A stretch of 64,000 bases of DNA, from contig MU057809.1 in NCBI GenBank assembly GCA_013265495.1, positions 1,107,062 through 1,171,061 on the forward strand, given 5' to 3'. Below are positions 23,406 through 35,695 of the stretch, piece after piece (within the stretch, counting starts at the first letter, position 1; the number at the start of each line of letters is the position of its first letter). The notes beneath the pieces are model-generated. The model was not told where the DNA came from, searched no databases, and saw nothing but the letters and a program-made list of their open reading frames with translations. The position numbers and the translations under genes are program-made. This stretch comes from Vicugna vicugna (taxonomy: Eukaryota).

Positions 23406-25980
23406 TTACATATACATACGTCAGCATCGAGCACAGCACACAGCGTCACAGGACGTGTGCACCAGACACTAACTCCCAGATCAAGCTTCAGTCCGAGCGA
23501 ACGCTGGCCAGGGCCACGCTCCCTCAAGTCCCTGGGGCCCGCCGGTCATCCCAAAAGGAGCACGGCCACCCTGGCACCTCCGGGGACATGAACCACTCAT
23601 GGTCACACAGGTAGGGCTTCTCCAGCTCAGAGTGGCTAGTCCTTCCCAAGGGAGATGCAAGAAACCAAACCACAAAAGGGGAAAAAATATTGGTGTGTTT
23701 CCATCGGACGTCACAGAACCGGGGCCGATGCCGAAAGCAGTCGCCTATCAGATGATTTCCTCTGACTCAAATCAGAGAGAGAGGAACCACCGGGCAACCC
23801 CCAGGCCCTGCTTCCCCAAGAGTCTCACCAAACCTGATTCTGAAAGGGCCCATCCTGTTTCTCAGAAAGCCTCCTGGGTCTCTCATTTTTGGAACGTTTA
23901 TGCGTGGAGAGGCCCAGGGGCTTTCTTCAGAGTTTAAAAGGAATACTATTTTAACTAACTCAGGAAATCTTGGAATAACTGACAAAGCCAAAGTTCAAAG
24001 TTCCAAAAAGAATCCTCTTCTCCGTTTAACTCAATTCAATCTGGTTTTGGTTTTGTTCTTTATTTTTTTTTAACCCTCCTCCTGGATCTGGTTGGTTCAG
24101 TCTGAAAGTGACTCAAGTTTTCTAGGATCTTGGGACATGACAATGAACATGTTCCAAAACATCTGACAGGACTGAGTGTGTCTCCATTTCAGTGATGGCT
24201 GCATGGAGAACTTGTGTTCGCAACCTAATTCGGTCCTTCTATTAAAATACCAAGCAGCCACCCGGTATTATAAGCCAACTGACATATGGTTAAAGCCATT
24301 TAACAGAAATTTATTGATCTACCAGAGACGGAACGCCTCGGAAACTGGCATGAACAAATCAGGAACTGTGAAAAATGTCACAGAAAGAAAAACATGCAGT
24401 CAGTTTCCCCCACAAGCAAATCTGCTCTGAGCGTGGAGACCTAGTTTTCCAGGCAGGGAAAGCTAGACTCTCAACCAGTGCCTGACTCCCCCAAAACTCC
24501 AAAACCGGTTCACTGGGACCATCTGAACTCTGACACAGACGAGGGGACGTGCGATCTGCTGTTTGAGAGCCTCACAGCCAACCCCGCTGGAAACGAGCCT
24601 GGGCCACACCCGGCTCCCCAGCCGGAACCGAGCGTGCCCAGGAGACGTGCGGCAGGGCTGGGCCGGGACACACAGGCTCCCCGCCGCCACGGGGCTGACA
24701 CACACACCCTGGCTGGCCCGAGAGAATAAGAAATAGACAACTTAAGTAAAATAAAATTCTAAAAAACATTTTTGAAAAAGAGAATGAGGACGCCTCACAA
24801 GGGTCCCGGGCGGTGCTCGTGGGATCAGACACCCAGAACCCGCCCCTCTCAAAAAGCCCTTCAGGGGGGAAGGACCTGAGTCCTGGGAGGGGCTGGGGGA
24901 AGCAGTCCTCAGCAAATCCTGAAGAGGCCCACGACGGACAGGACCTAAGTCGACCACGGCAAGGAGGGGACACCTTCCACTCCATCCCAGAGCCAACGCC
25001 TGGTGTGACTCCCAGCCCCGCCACCCCGCTGCCTGCTCGCTGAGCGAGGGACGGGCGCCCCCGGGCCCCAGTCCCCGCATCTGTGAAGCAGGGGCTGCCG
25101 GACCACTCACCGAGCAGCATTACTAGGAGGGCTCCGGCGCGCCAACACGCGGTCGGTGCTCTGACAGGTGCAACCCGCGCACCACGACCACTTCGCAAAG
25201 ACGGCCCTGAACAGAAATCTCTCCCGCCGAGGAGGAGGCAGGAGACGGGAACACTCTGTACCCCGTGCAGGGTCCCTCTCTGGGGAAACAAGCCCACTTC
25301 CACGGGGCACAGTTAAACTTCAACCTCTTGCAGAAACTTCCACGAGACTCCCTCCCTCACTGCCTACCCACAGGACAATTAGCGGTGGAGTTACCCCGAG
25401 ATAAAGAACCGCACACGTACGGACCTTCTCGGATCCTGAAGAGCTGAAAATGCGATTTCAAATCTCCCTTTAATGCAAAACCCCGGCAGAGAGAGGCCAG
25501 TTCTTGGAAGACCGACGGGCCCCCCAGCCTGGACTGGAATTTCGCAGGAGTTGGGAGGTGAAATTCCGGTTCTCAAGATAATTAACCGGACTAAGTCAGG
25601 AGTGTCACCTGACTCCCTCCCGGCAGACAGACTGCCAAAGGGAGGCTCCTTCCATCAGCAGGTGCGGCCCCCAGGCATCCCCCTTTGCCAGCACAGATCC
25701 CATGGCCCTGCGTCAGAGTCCTCCTTCCTGCTGGTCCCGGGGCCACTGGCACACCTGGACCCACCGGCAGGCTGGGCCAGCACCAGCAATACCCGATCAG
25801 GGACACGGGAAACAGGAGAGGCGGGAACCTGCTGCTGATTAACTGCGAGATTCTCCGTCAGGAGTGGACATTGATACAACAAAACCTGTACTTCACTCCA
25901 TCAATATAACTCCAGTACGAGCTACAGAGTGGAAACTGAGGCCAAAATCCCTGCAAAACAATTTTAAAACAAGATCCCCA

Positions 25981-26146
25981 GGGGAGAGGGCATAGCTCAG
26001 TGGTAGAGCGCATGCCTAGCATGCACAAGGTCCTGGGTTCAATCTCCAGCATCTCCATTAAAGAAGGATAAATAAAAAAACAAAAAGTTACTTACTTACC
26101 TCCCTCCACAAAAAAATTGATTAAACGAAAAAGGAAAAAAAAAAAC
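25981..26146 (+). mobile_element. tRNA-Ala-derived SINE (Vic-1-like)
   Basis: Near-consensus head; TSD acaagatccccag at 25969-25981 and 26147-26159. Confidence 0.9.
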
Positions 26147-29100
26147 ACAAGATCCCCAGCGTCCACCTTTGCTTGTCAAATCAAACTGTTGTTAGCAAGT
26201 CCACTTAACGTCTCAGGATCTCGGCAGGTTTTCCCCAAACATTTCCGCTGTGAAACAGACACACATGTGCGCACACAAAAGGGTATAAAATGTGTATGGA
26301 GAGTTTAACAAAATTATTCCTCAAACACACGTGGAACCACCACCCAGGTCAAAAATTAAAAGGCCACTGGGGTCCTGAAGCCCCCTTGTCCTGCATACGC
26401 TGCAGACGCTCCCTTCTCCCACCAGAGGCAATCGCAGCCCCATTTTCACGCCATTTCCCTTGGGCTTTACAATTCTCTCACCTGTGTGGGCAGCCCCACA
26501 CAGCAGTCCAATTCTGCATGGTTTCGAACTTTTTATCAACTGGAGCCACACAGTATGTGTTTTCTCTGTCCGGCTTCTCTGGGCACCCTCAGCGCAGGGT
26601 GAAGGGACTCAGTATTTGCAAAAGGTCACGAAACAGGACATCACAGAGGTCATCTGAGGACATGTCCCTGGCTCTAAGAGCCTAATAACTGAGCTGACTG
26701 AAACCGATTCAACAGGCCCAGCTACCAGCAGCAGCCGCCTCCAGGCTGGAGAACTAGTCCAGCAAGACAGAGGCTCTGTTTACGAAGGGCAGGCATTAGG
26801 GCAATTCTTCATATTGAGTCCAGTGAAAGGATTACATTTAATGACATCAGCACCTCAGAAGCACAAACCGACGTTCCTTGATGCGTTAGTATGCAGACAG
26901 CAAACAGAAAACGACGAGAAGTGTTTTCAGCAGTGGAGAACACAGCCAAGCGAAACGAGCAGGCGGTAAAACATAACTGTGCCAAAAGCGCAGGCAAAGG
27001 AACAAGGAGATGCGCTGAGAGGCAGTGGCTGTGGGGCCACAGGTGATCTCTCTTCTGTAAAACGTCTGCGTCTGTGGTTCTCACTTGCATAGCAACATTC
27101 TCCTCGAAGAGCCAAGCCGCACACAACGCGGAATTCTGCCTGTCTGCTCGCAACTCACTCCTAACACCTGCAGCAGGGAACTTCGCTGGCACAGAGCAGG
27201 TTGCGAAAGACTCTTGGAAAACAACGTAAGTGAACTTCTCGGAGAGACCTCCAGTCCCTAACGAGCTTCCCTGGAATTCATCAAACATCATGAAATCTCA
27301 CTTTACACTTTGCTTAGCTCGCAAACTCCAGATTGGGAGACAGCGCTGAAGACCCCCCCACACACACCCTGCAACGGCACACACATTCGCCCACAACCCA
27401 GCGGCACAGAACAGGGACAGGTGGGGCCTCAGGTTGTCCCAGGGCTCAATTCACAACACGTCTGGGGCCCTCCTGCGCCCACCGGTCCCATGTGAGTGAG
27501 GTTTTCCCACTGATGCCTGGTCTCGTTATGATTTCTTAATGATTCTACAATAAAAACCTTCAAAGGATGAGAACACCTGTTCTCCGTAGCGTATCGCGGT
27601 CAAGGGTCGCACTCCTTGAATTCCTGCAGGTCCCGGCCGCCTGCCTGCTGGACTCCAGGTTTTAACTGCTGGGGCGGTTCCTCTTAAGATACACCGTGGG
27701 CCCCTCGAGGCTGTGCACATCCGCCCTGCACCTCACCCCTCCAGCCTCTCCCCCAGCACGCAGTGGGCCAAACATCTTTTTGTGATGCGTTTTTCTTAGG
27801 AAAGAAAAAATGAACCAAGACAGAATTCCCCCAGCCAGAACACATCACGCTCTTGCTAACCACAAATTCTGGCAAAATCTGCTCTACATGGGAGTGATTC
27901 AGTTCCTCTTTCTTCAAATTGACACACTTTACCTTGCAAATATCTGTGTGTGGGAGAGAGAGAGAGACAGAGCTCAGAGAACATTAACACAAATGTAAAT
28001 AATATTCCCAGAGCTACCACTGTTATGAAATTGAAATGTGGTAGGTACTAGCCTAAAAAACACGTATCATAAAAATGCAATTCTATTCCAACCCAGGAGC
28101 CCTTTCCGCATGGCAGGTATTACTCCAGATACTGGCATGTAACGAAAAACAACAGTTTCTGCCCATCGGGAGTTGACGGCAACATGCGTAACAGAGGGAG
28201 GGGTGGGCAGGAAGGGTTTCTGCCCTAGGCCAGACGGTACTTCAAGGTGCAATTTAATCACCGTCACAGGCACACATCTTAAGCGACAGCTAGATGAGTT
28301 CTGACCCGTGTGCACAGGCAGAGCAGCAGCGGCAAGGCTGGTGGCCGGGGCACCAGGGCAGGGAGATCGCCCACGCAGCCGACGGTGCAGAGGCTCGGAG
28401 GGCGAGCAGAGTTCAGCCCCGACCCCACAGGGACCCAGGAGGCGTCCCCAGATCGGGGAAGACAAATGGCTCAGAGCCTCCCAACCGAATAAGGCGCCTG
28501 GAGCGCCTGCTGTCCGTGAGGCGCTCCGACAGGACTGAGACTGATTCTCCCTCGTTCTAAGACTAAGTGCAGGTCCGAGGGTTGGAGGGCAGCCGGGCTA
28601 GGATGCACGGCGGTAACTCGTCCACATTTTTGTCATTGGATGATGCAATCCCCAGATCAGATCAGACGATCAAGCACGTGCCCTACTCATTCTTTGCAGC
28701 TCCGAGTCACAAGCATTGAGCTTTAGAGCCTCAAAACAGGCCCTGAAATAAACTCTCATCCTGCACGGTCAGGAAGCAGAGCGTGCCAGCCAATCAGGCA
28801 TTTTGATGGTTATAATTTTCATATAAAATCCACAAAGGGTTTATGTTCAAAATACAAAAAGAACTGCTACAAATTAAAGGGAAAAGACAATCCCGTAAGC
28901 AAAAGGGCAAAAGACCAGACTGCTCAGAGCGGCCGCACAAGGCGAAAGTATTGTAAGAAACTAAATCCCACTCACAACCAAAGGAATCACAAACAAAACA
29001 CGTCCTTAATTTCTTTAATTCTGAAGCGAATTTTTTAAATAGCATTTAATATCGATGAGGTTACGTGAAAAGGCTGCACTGCCATTACAGGCATAAATTG

Positions 29101-29196
29101 GTAATAGCCGCCAGAGAGGATAACGTGTCAAGTTTTTGTTAAAACAAAAAGTGTGCAAACCTGTGACCCAACAATGCCCTTCTGAGGGTATCTACT

Positions 29197-29683
29197 TGTG
29201 GTGGGCAGAATAATGACCCCCAAAGGCACCTAAATCCTAATCCCTGGAACCCGTGACTCTGTTAGGTTACGTACGAAAGGGGAATTAAAGGTGTGGATGA
29301 AATTTAGGTTGCTAATCAGCAAACCTTAAAACAGGGCGAGGATGTGGATTACAGGTGGGCCTAAAGTAACACCGACAGTCCTTAGAAGTGGAAGAAGTGG
29401 ACAAGAAAGTCAGAGAGATGACAGCGTGACAGAGCTGTGGCCCACAGCTGCTGGAGAAAGGGGATTATCAGGCAGGGAATGTGGGAGGCATCGGGAGCTG
29501 GAAAAGGCCAGGAATCAAACCTGGGGCCTCCAGATGGAACACAGCCCTGCCCACATCTGGATTTTAGCCCAGAGAAACCCGTTCTGAACTACTGACCTCC
29601 AGAACTGTAAGATGACAAATTTTTGTTGTTTAAGCCACTAAGTTCGTGGTCATCTGTTACAGCACCAGTAGGAAACTAGCCCA
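29197..29683 (+). mobile_element. MaLR solo LTR (MLT1D-like) within an L1 fragment (about 28820-29196)
   Basis: Begins tgtggtgggcagaataatg, ends aagccactaagttcgtggtcatctgttacagc...ggaaactagccca. Confidence 0.85.
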
Positions 29684-31199
29684 CGGCCCTAGGGAAACAC
29701 GGGCACACATGCACACATGCGTCAGCCGTCCCAGTACACGGATGTACAAAACAGGAAAGCAGAACGAGAGGATCCAGCCCCAACTGGGCAGAGGGGGTGG
29801 GTGCAAGCAGGGCGAGGTTTTAATTTATAATGTTCTGTCTTTTTTTTCTTTTTAAACAAAATGTGTTTGTCCATGTACTACATAACTGAAAGTTAAATTT
29901 TCAGTAGGGGAGTTACCATTCAAGGCTGCAGCTTCATGGAATTACAATATAATAAGACTCTTCAGGCTGAAAACTACAGTGAACACAACCCATTTTTCTG
30001 ACAATCCCAAAGGCACTACAAAGACCTAGACGCCACGGTCCCCACAACCAGCACTGATGGCGGGCTCTGGCTGTGTGGCCAGAGCACCAGAGAAGAGGAA
30101 GTTCCTTGCACATCCATGAGCCACGGCTTCTTCAACAGCCGCAATCAACCTCTGTCAAAGTGTGAGAGCTACACATACCGTCTTCGGATAAAATGCATTC
30201 CAAAGGCTTATGTTTGCAGACTCCAGCCCCATGCAACCACAGTCCCCACCACGACGTGCCCCCTTAACAATGCCCCCTTCGGCCCAGCCACTTGCCTTTG
30301 GGTTTTAGTTTTCCCAGTGTGGGGGGTAAGTTCTCCTCGACTCCTTCACCTGCCTCACAGGATGACAAGGACTTAAATGGAACGAAAGGGCAGGCTACGT
30401 CCCAATGGTCCATGAACTCCACTTTAAGATTCACCACCTAAAGGAAAGCGCTCAACAAGCTGAGAAGTGCTTCACGATGATACCACGAGCACCCCAGTAA
30501 AACCACCACGACCCTAAGGACGGCCAACTGCAGTCTCGAGCGGCAGCCATCAGCCGCGTCCTGCAGGAGATGCTCAGTGCAGACCCTATAACTACAGAGA
30601 CCCTGAGCCCCCACCAGCAGCTCTGAATCCCTTTACCATCCTCAGAGAAAGAGGCCGGCCCACCCAAATACTGCCTGGAATTTCCAAGTGTGACCGAGTC
30701 AGGGAGTTCGGTCTGGGGCCCTGGTAGAGGTGGGGGGGCTGCCGCACGCTGGGCTCAAACGTGTGACCTTATGAACACAATGTTCTAACAATGAGCAAGA
30801 GCCATGGCGTGCTTCCCCTTACACAGCTACAAGTGAAAAGAAAAAAATAATTAATGAAGACCAATAGGGAGTGGGAGTGGGAGTGGGGTCTGCTGTCTGG
30901 ACGCAGACTCACCCAGGGTCTTCACGTCAACTAGGCCTAGGCCATTTCTCCCCAACGAATCAACTGCCTCGCAGCCCTTCAGAACTCACGTTAAGTACGG
31001 CCTCCTCAGGGACACCTGCGGAGTCCCCAACCTTTGCCCCCCACCACCACCAGTAACTCACACCAACACCCACTTACACCTACTCTCCAGTTAGAGGACT
31101 GGAGTGGGTGCCAACTGAACAGGGACATCCTAGAAAAGCCAAGCCTCAAGCATGCTTCTCGGTGTTCACGCTCATCCATTTACAAAGGCACTTATGGAG

Positions 31200-31930
31200 A
31201 AACACGGCGGGCGCGGGATGAGAACACGCACGTCCCGAGCGGCCAGAGCACTCGCCAAGGCCGGGCAGGTCCAGGGACGGCGCCACGCGGCGGGCGGGCT
31301 GGCGCTCAGGAAGCGCGGGGCGGGCGGGCCCTGCGGCCCCCAGGGGCCCGGGCAGTCCCGGGAGACGCGGGCCGCCGCGCGCGGCGAGGTGCAACCCCGG
31401 ACAGGTGCTCGGGTTCTGGGCCGCGGAGCCACGCGCCCTCCTGGGCGTGGGCGCAGGACTGGGGAGCAGGAGGGGGGACCCCGCGGGGCGCTGGGCGTCG
31501 GGGACCGGAAGAGAAACGGAGGCCGCGGGGCCCCGGGGCGCCGGCCAGAGACGCGCGCGGGCCCTGGTGGGCGCCTGCCGTACCTGCCGCGGGCGGGTCA
31601 CCCTCCTCGTCCGCCTCCGCCTCAGCAGCAGCAGCGACTGGCGCCGCGGGCAGCGGGTCCATCGCGCCGCCAGTCATGTGAGCGTGCGTCACGTGACTTC
31701 CTCCGCGCTAGCCCGGCCTCGCCACGCCCCCGCCCGGGCCCGCCACGCCCACTCCCAGCCTATCCCCGCCCCCACCCGGGCCCGCCACGCCCACTGACGC
31801 CTAGCTCCGCCCCTGCCCGGCCCTGGCCACGCAGCCAAGGGGAGGACCGGTGGCTCAGTCCCGGCGCGCGCTCCGCTGTCCTGCGTCCGCAGGTCCTCCC
31901 CGCGGGATCGCTGCCCGCTCCCGCGCCCAC
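31200..31930 (-). promoter_or_regulatory. SNX8 CpG island/promoter
   Basis: Very GC- and CpG-rich around exon 1; GTCACGTGAC at 31688-31697, adjacent ETS-type ACTTCC, and three GCCACGCCC (Sp/KLF) boxes at about 31720-31792. Confidence 0.85.
31584..31677 (-). CDS. SNX8: Sorting nexin-8, coding exon 1 (94 nt)
   Basis: Translates MTGGAMDPLPAAPVAAAAEAEADEEGDPPAA, recognisable as the SNX8 N-terminus; donor CAG|GTACGG; lies in a CpG island. Confidence 0.93.
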
Positions 31931-31961
31931 TTGTTCAGTCCCCAGCTGCCCTCCCTCAGGC

Positions 31962-32130
31962 ACCCGCTCACGCACTCACTCACACGCTCGTCCGCTCACT
32001 CACTCACTTCCTCAACGTCTGCCCTCACTCACCGCTCATTCATTCACCCACTCGCTCCTCGCTCACTTACCTACCCTCTCATTCAGTCGTTCGTTCACTT
32101 ACCACCCACTCACCCGCTCGCTCGCTCAGT
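31962..32130. repeat. (CACT/CGCT/CATT)n low-complexity tract, probably an expanded L2 tail
   Basis: ctcactcactcac, cattcattcac, cgctcgctcgct followed by L2-like caagtatcctgactgccgcctggaggccaggc. Confidence 0.65.
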
Positions 32131-33073
32131 CAAGTATCCTGACTGCCGCCTGGAGGCCAGGCAGGCCCTGTGCTGCGTGCTGAGGACACAGCGATGCACT
32201 GATACCTTCCCCGATCTGGAGGACAGACGGGGGACCAGGGTGGACCAAGTGTCCTTACTTCCGAAACAGACTGTGGGAGCGCGCACAGAGGGTTCCCCCA
32301 GCCCTGCCGGGGTGAAGGGATCCCTGGATGGGCAGAGCCTGAGCTGATGCTGGAGGAGTGAGGAATTCAGCAGGAGGAGGGAGTGGGTCCCCGCAGGCGC
32401 GAAGGCTCCGAGGCATCGCACAGCTGCACAAGCTGTGGTCTTCCTGCAGCTAGAAGTGTGGGGGCAGAAGAGGAAGCTGGAGGGACTGCTAGGGCTCCGT
32501 TAGGAAGGGATTTGTTTGCAAAGTAAGGGCCTTGGACCTCCGAATACTGATGCCTCTCAACGCCAGGGAGCTGGTTACAGCGATCCAGAGCCCAGAGCCC
32601 CGAACAGGGTCCTAGGAAGGGTCCCAGCACCCCCACCCCACCCCAGGCAGTTAGTTCTCTTTGCTACAGCTACTGAGCACAAGCAGTGCTCTCCCCAGGC
32701 ACAGCCGAGGAAGTGGTGTCCCGCTTCCACAGATGGGCGTATAGCAGCTTTCCCAGCCACAGTGGGACCACTGCAGGATCCTGTGACACACACCTCCCGT
32801 CTGATGCTGCTTCCTTCCGCCACCACGGGCTTCCTTTCAGCTGTTGTTGCATCAAATGATGTGCTCAGCACTTTCTCCCCACCCTGGGAGCGCGGGATCC
32901 CTCTCCCTCTCCCTCTGTTTCTGCTAACTTCCTGGCATTATTTGCTACATATATCTGTCCCCCACTAGATTATAAGATCTTTATTAAATGTTTAAACGTT
33001 CACTGCACCTTAAAGCTGTGAAGCATTAAATGAGTAAGAAGTTAAACATTATTCAAGAATAATAGTGGGGGTT

Positions 33074-33195
33074 GGGGAGGGAACAGCTCAGTGGTAGAGT
33101 GTATTCTCAAGCACAAGGTCCCAAGTTCAATCACCAGCACCTCCATTAAAAAATAAATAAATAAACCTAATTACCTCCCCCACCAAAAAACAACA
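33074..33195 (+). mobile_element. tRNA-Ala-derived SINE (Vic-1-like)
   Basis: AGCTCAGTGGTAGAG head, (TAAA)n and ACCTAATTACCTCCCC tail. Confidence 0.8.
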
Positions 33196-33249
33196 ATAGC
33201 ATATTAAACGTAGCACTTTACTTTTAACGCCCCTGACATGTGGTCGCTC

Positions 33250-33430
33250 AGCCCCCAGCGCTGCACTGCACATCTGGGGAACACTCTGATCGGGTATATT
33301 CCGCCTGGAGCCTACCCTGAGAATTCCTGATTTAATTGGTCTGGGGTATGGCCCAGACTTCGGATTTTTTTTTTTAAAAAGCTCCCCGGATGACTCTAAG
33401 GTGCTGTCCAGGTGGAAGACCCCTGCTCTA
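33250..33430. mobile_element. MER5-like hAT remnant
   Basis: attcctgatttaattggtctggggtatggccc...aagctccccggatgactctaag. Confidence 0.6.
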
Positions 33431-34019
33431 AGTTGAAAAGTTTGTTTTATTCCCACACAACTGAGCATTTGCTAGGTAGGAATTTTGTATGACAGTGGGA
33501 GAAGAGGGCAGGGGGGGCAGCACCGGGCTAACCAGACCAAGGTCTTTGGCCTCCAAAGTTCCTGATGGAATTGAATGGGGGCGAAGCACAACAGGACTGT
33601 CACACCACACAGAGTGAAGTGGGTGTCAGGGCTGGAAATGTCGATGTTATGGTAGGAAGGATGAACCGCTGGTCCTGATGTGATGGGCTCTGAATGCCTC
33701 CAGAAGATGAAAGTCAGTCCCCACAAGCTGTGGGCTCCGTGACCAGTTATCTCCAATGGTTGGACTGTACTTGGGAAACATGCGCTGAAATACGTCTGCC
33801 TGTAATTTCTTTAGATCCTCATCAAAGAAGCCTAATCCTTTTACTATTTCTGTTTCATTCAGGAAACAGTAAATAGGAAACCAAATTTCTGATCTTTAAA
33901 ACTCTTTGATTAATGGCAAGAATCCAATTACATTAAGACTGTAAATCTGTTTTTTTGAGTCACATTATTACTTTCCATTTAGAGAAATGAGAACTAGAAA
34001 GGAGAAATGACAGAACTTG

Positions 34020-34882
34020 GAATGCAGAACACTGAACTTGGGACCTCACCACATAGGCAGACATGCGGAAATGGGCTGTTATCACTTACTCTACAAAGAC
34101 ACAAGGATTTCCAAGTCCTACTAAGGACCCTTCAAAAGAGTTGCTAAAGCAGGGGAGGGTGTAGCTCAGTGGTAGAGCACCTGCTTAGCATGCATGAGGT
34201 TCTGGGTTCAATCCCCAGTACCTCCATTAAAATAAATAAATAAAATAAATCTAATTACCCCCCAAAAAAGAGTTCCTAATTACCCCCCAAAAAAGGTTTG
34301 CTAAAATGTTTTGAGTATATTCTGGAAATATTAATAATAGTTCAGGTCTTGATCATACTGCAGTAACTATCTCAAATCTCACCCTGAGCTCACTTCTGAT
34401 TGGTTATTTCCTTCACTCCTGATTGGTTGTTACTCTCACTTCTGATTAGTCCACTTCCCTAACTTCTGATTGGTCTATTTGTAGTACTTCATTTGCATGG
34501 AGCTCACTCCTGATTGATTTTTTTCTCTCACTCCTGATTGATTTTTTTCTCTCACTCCTGATTGGTCCATTGCCCTCACTCCTGATTGGTTATTTCTCTC
34601 ACTCCTGATTGGGCTATTTCTACAAAGCTTGTTCCTAGTTGGTCAACTTTTGTTGTACTTTATTTGCATATGATGTTGTAAAGTGTAAACTGGCAGCCTA
34701 TAAAGGCCTGTGTAAAGCTATAGATGGGGTCCAGAGCTTGGAGTGTTAACTCTTTTGGGCCTGCTGGCATAATAAACTTGAGTTTTCCAACTCTCGGAGT
34801 GCTGCTCGGTCTCTCACCCAGATCCAGGTTGCTGTCACAACTGAGTTGCAACACCGAGCAGTAAACACATTTTTCTGCAACG
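34020..34882 (+). mobile_element. ERV solo LTR with CCAAT-box tandem array, interrupted by a SINE
   Basis: U3 repeat array at 34391-34615, TATAAA 34699-34704, AATAAA 34771-34776; ends tgcagaa (about 34023) and ttctgcaac (34881) are roughly inverted. Family not identified. Confidence 0.75.
34152..34295 (+). mobile_element. tRNA-Ala-derived SINE inserted in an LTR; tail duplicated
   Basis: Intact A and B boxes, TTAGCAT loop; ctaattacccccc-aaaaaa occurs twice; flank aaaagagttgctaaa recurs imperfectly after it. Confidence 0.88.
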
Positions 34883-35084
34883 CTAGTAGTATGACTATCT
34901 CCAGTTTGGCCTGAAGAGGTCAACACGCTGAGATCCCAGAGCCAATCAACAGAAGAGCTGGGATTCAAACCCAGACTGGTACCACAGACCATCCTCACAG
35001 CCCCTGTGGCATTTCCCCTGTGCTATAAAGCTAGCAATTTATCATCAAAGTTATTAATCAGGAAATTCTGCCTCATTCTCTAAT

Positions 35085-35695
35085 GTGAATTCTCTAATTC
35101 AAAAAGATAATTTCAACCCAATGTTCACAGCAGCACTATTTATGGTAGCCAAGACATGGAAACAACCTAAATGTCCATCAACAGAGGACGAGGTAAAGAT
35201 GTGGTATATTTATACAATGGAATACTACTCAGCCATTAAAAAGACTAAAATAATGCCATTTGCAGCAACATGGATGGACCTGGAGATGTCATTCTAAGTG
35301 AAGTAATCCAGAAAGAGAAAGAAAAATACCATATGATATCACCCATATGGGGAATCTTAAAAAAAATTAGACAAATGAACTTATTTGCAAAACAGAAACA
35401 GACTCACAGACATAGAAAACAAACTTGTGGTTACCAGTGGGGAAAGGGGAGGGTGGATAAATTGGGAGTTTGAGATTTGCAGATACTGACTACTGTATAT
35501 AAAATAGATAAACAACAAGGTCCCACTGTACAGCACAGGGAACTGTATTCAATATCTTGTAATAACCTACAATGAAAAATAAGAGGAAAAGGAATATACA
35601 TAGTTACAGCTGAATCACTCTGCTGTACGCCAGAAATTAACACAACATTGTAAACCGACTAAACTTCAATAAAAAAAATTTTAAGAAAACAATAT
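35085..35695 (+). mobile_element. Relatively young 5'-truncated L1
   Basis: [21 protein letters not shown]...[15 protein letters not shown] (ORF2 C-terminus), 3'UTR and A tail; aggaaattctg on both flanks. Confidence 0.92.

Noticed and set aside
26780..27300. Compositionally distinct stretch with a 160-aa minus ORF, a possible processed pseudogene or old transposon
   Set aside because: I could not recognise any protein or repeat family, polyA or TSD. BLASTX/Dfam would be needed; no claim is made.
31152..32183. 343-aa plus-strand ORF over the SNX8 promoter (likewise 49305-50078 minus over EIF3B)
   Set aside because: Stop-poor CpG-island and simple-repeat sequence with low-complexity R/G/A/P translation.
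34152..34227. tRNA-Ala(AGC)-like sequences here and at 25981, 42741, 47321 and elsewhere as true tRNA genes
   Set aside because: They have extra 5' G-rich bases, stem mismatches, shared A-rich tails and TSDs, so they are SINEs.
34391..34615. Regularly spaced repeats resembling a CRISPR array
   Set aside because: The period is only 23-24 bp, the spacers resemble each other, there are no cas genes, and the context is a mammalian LTR.
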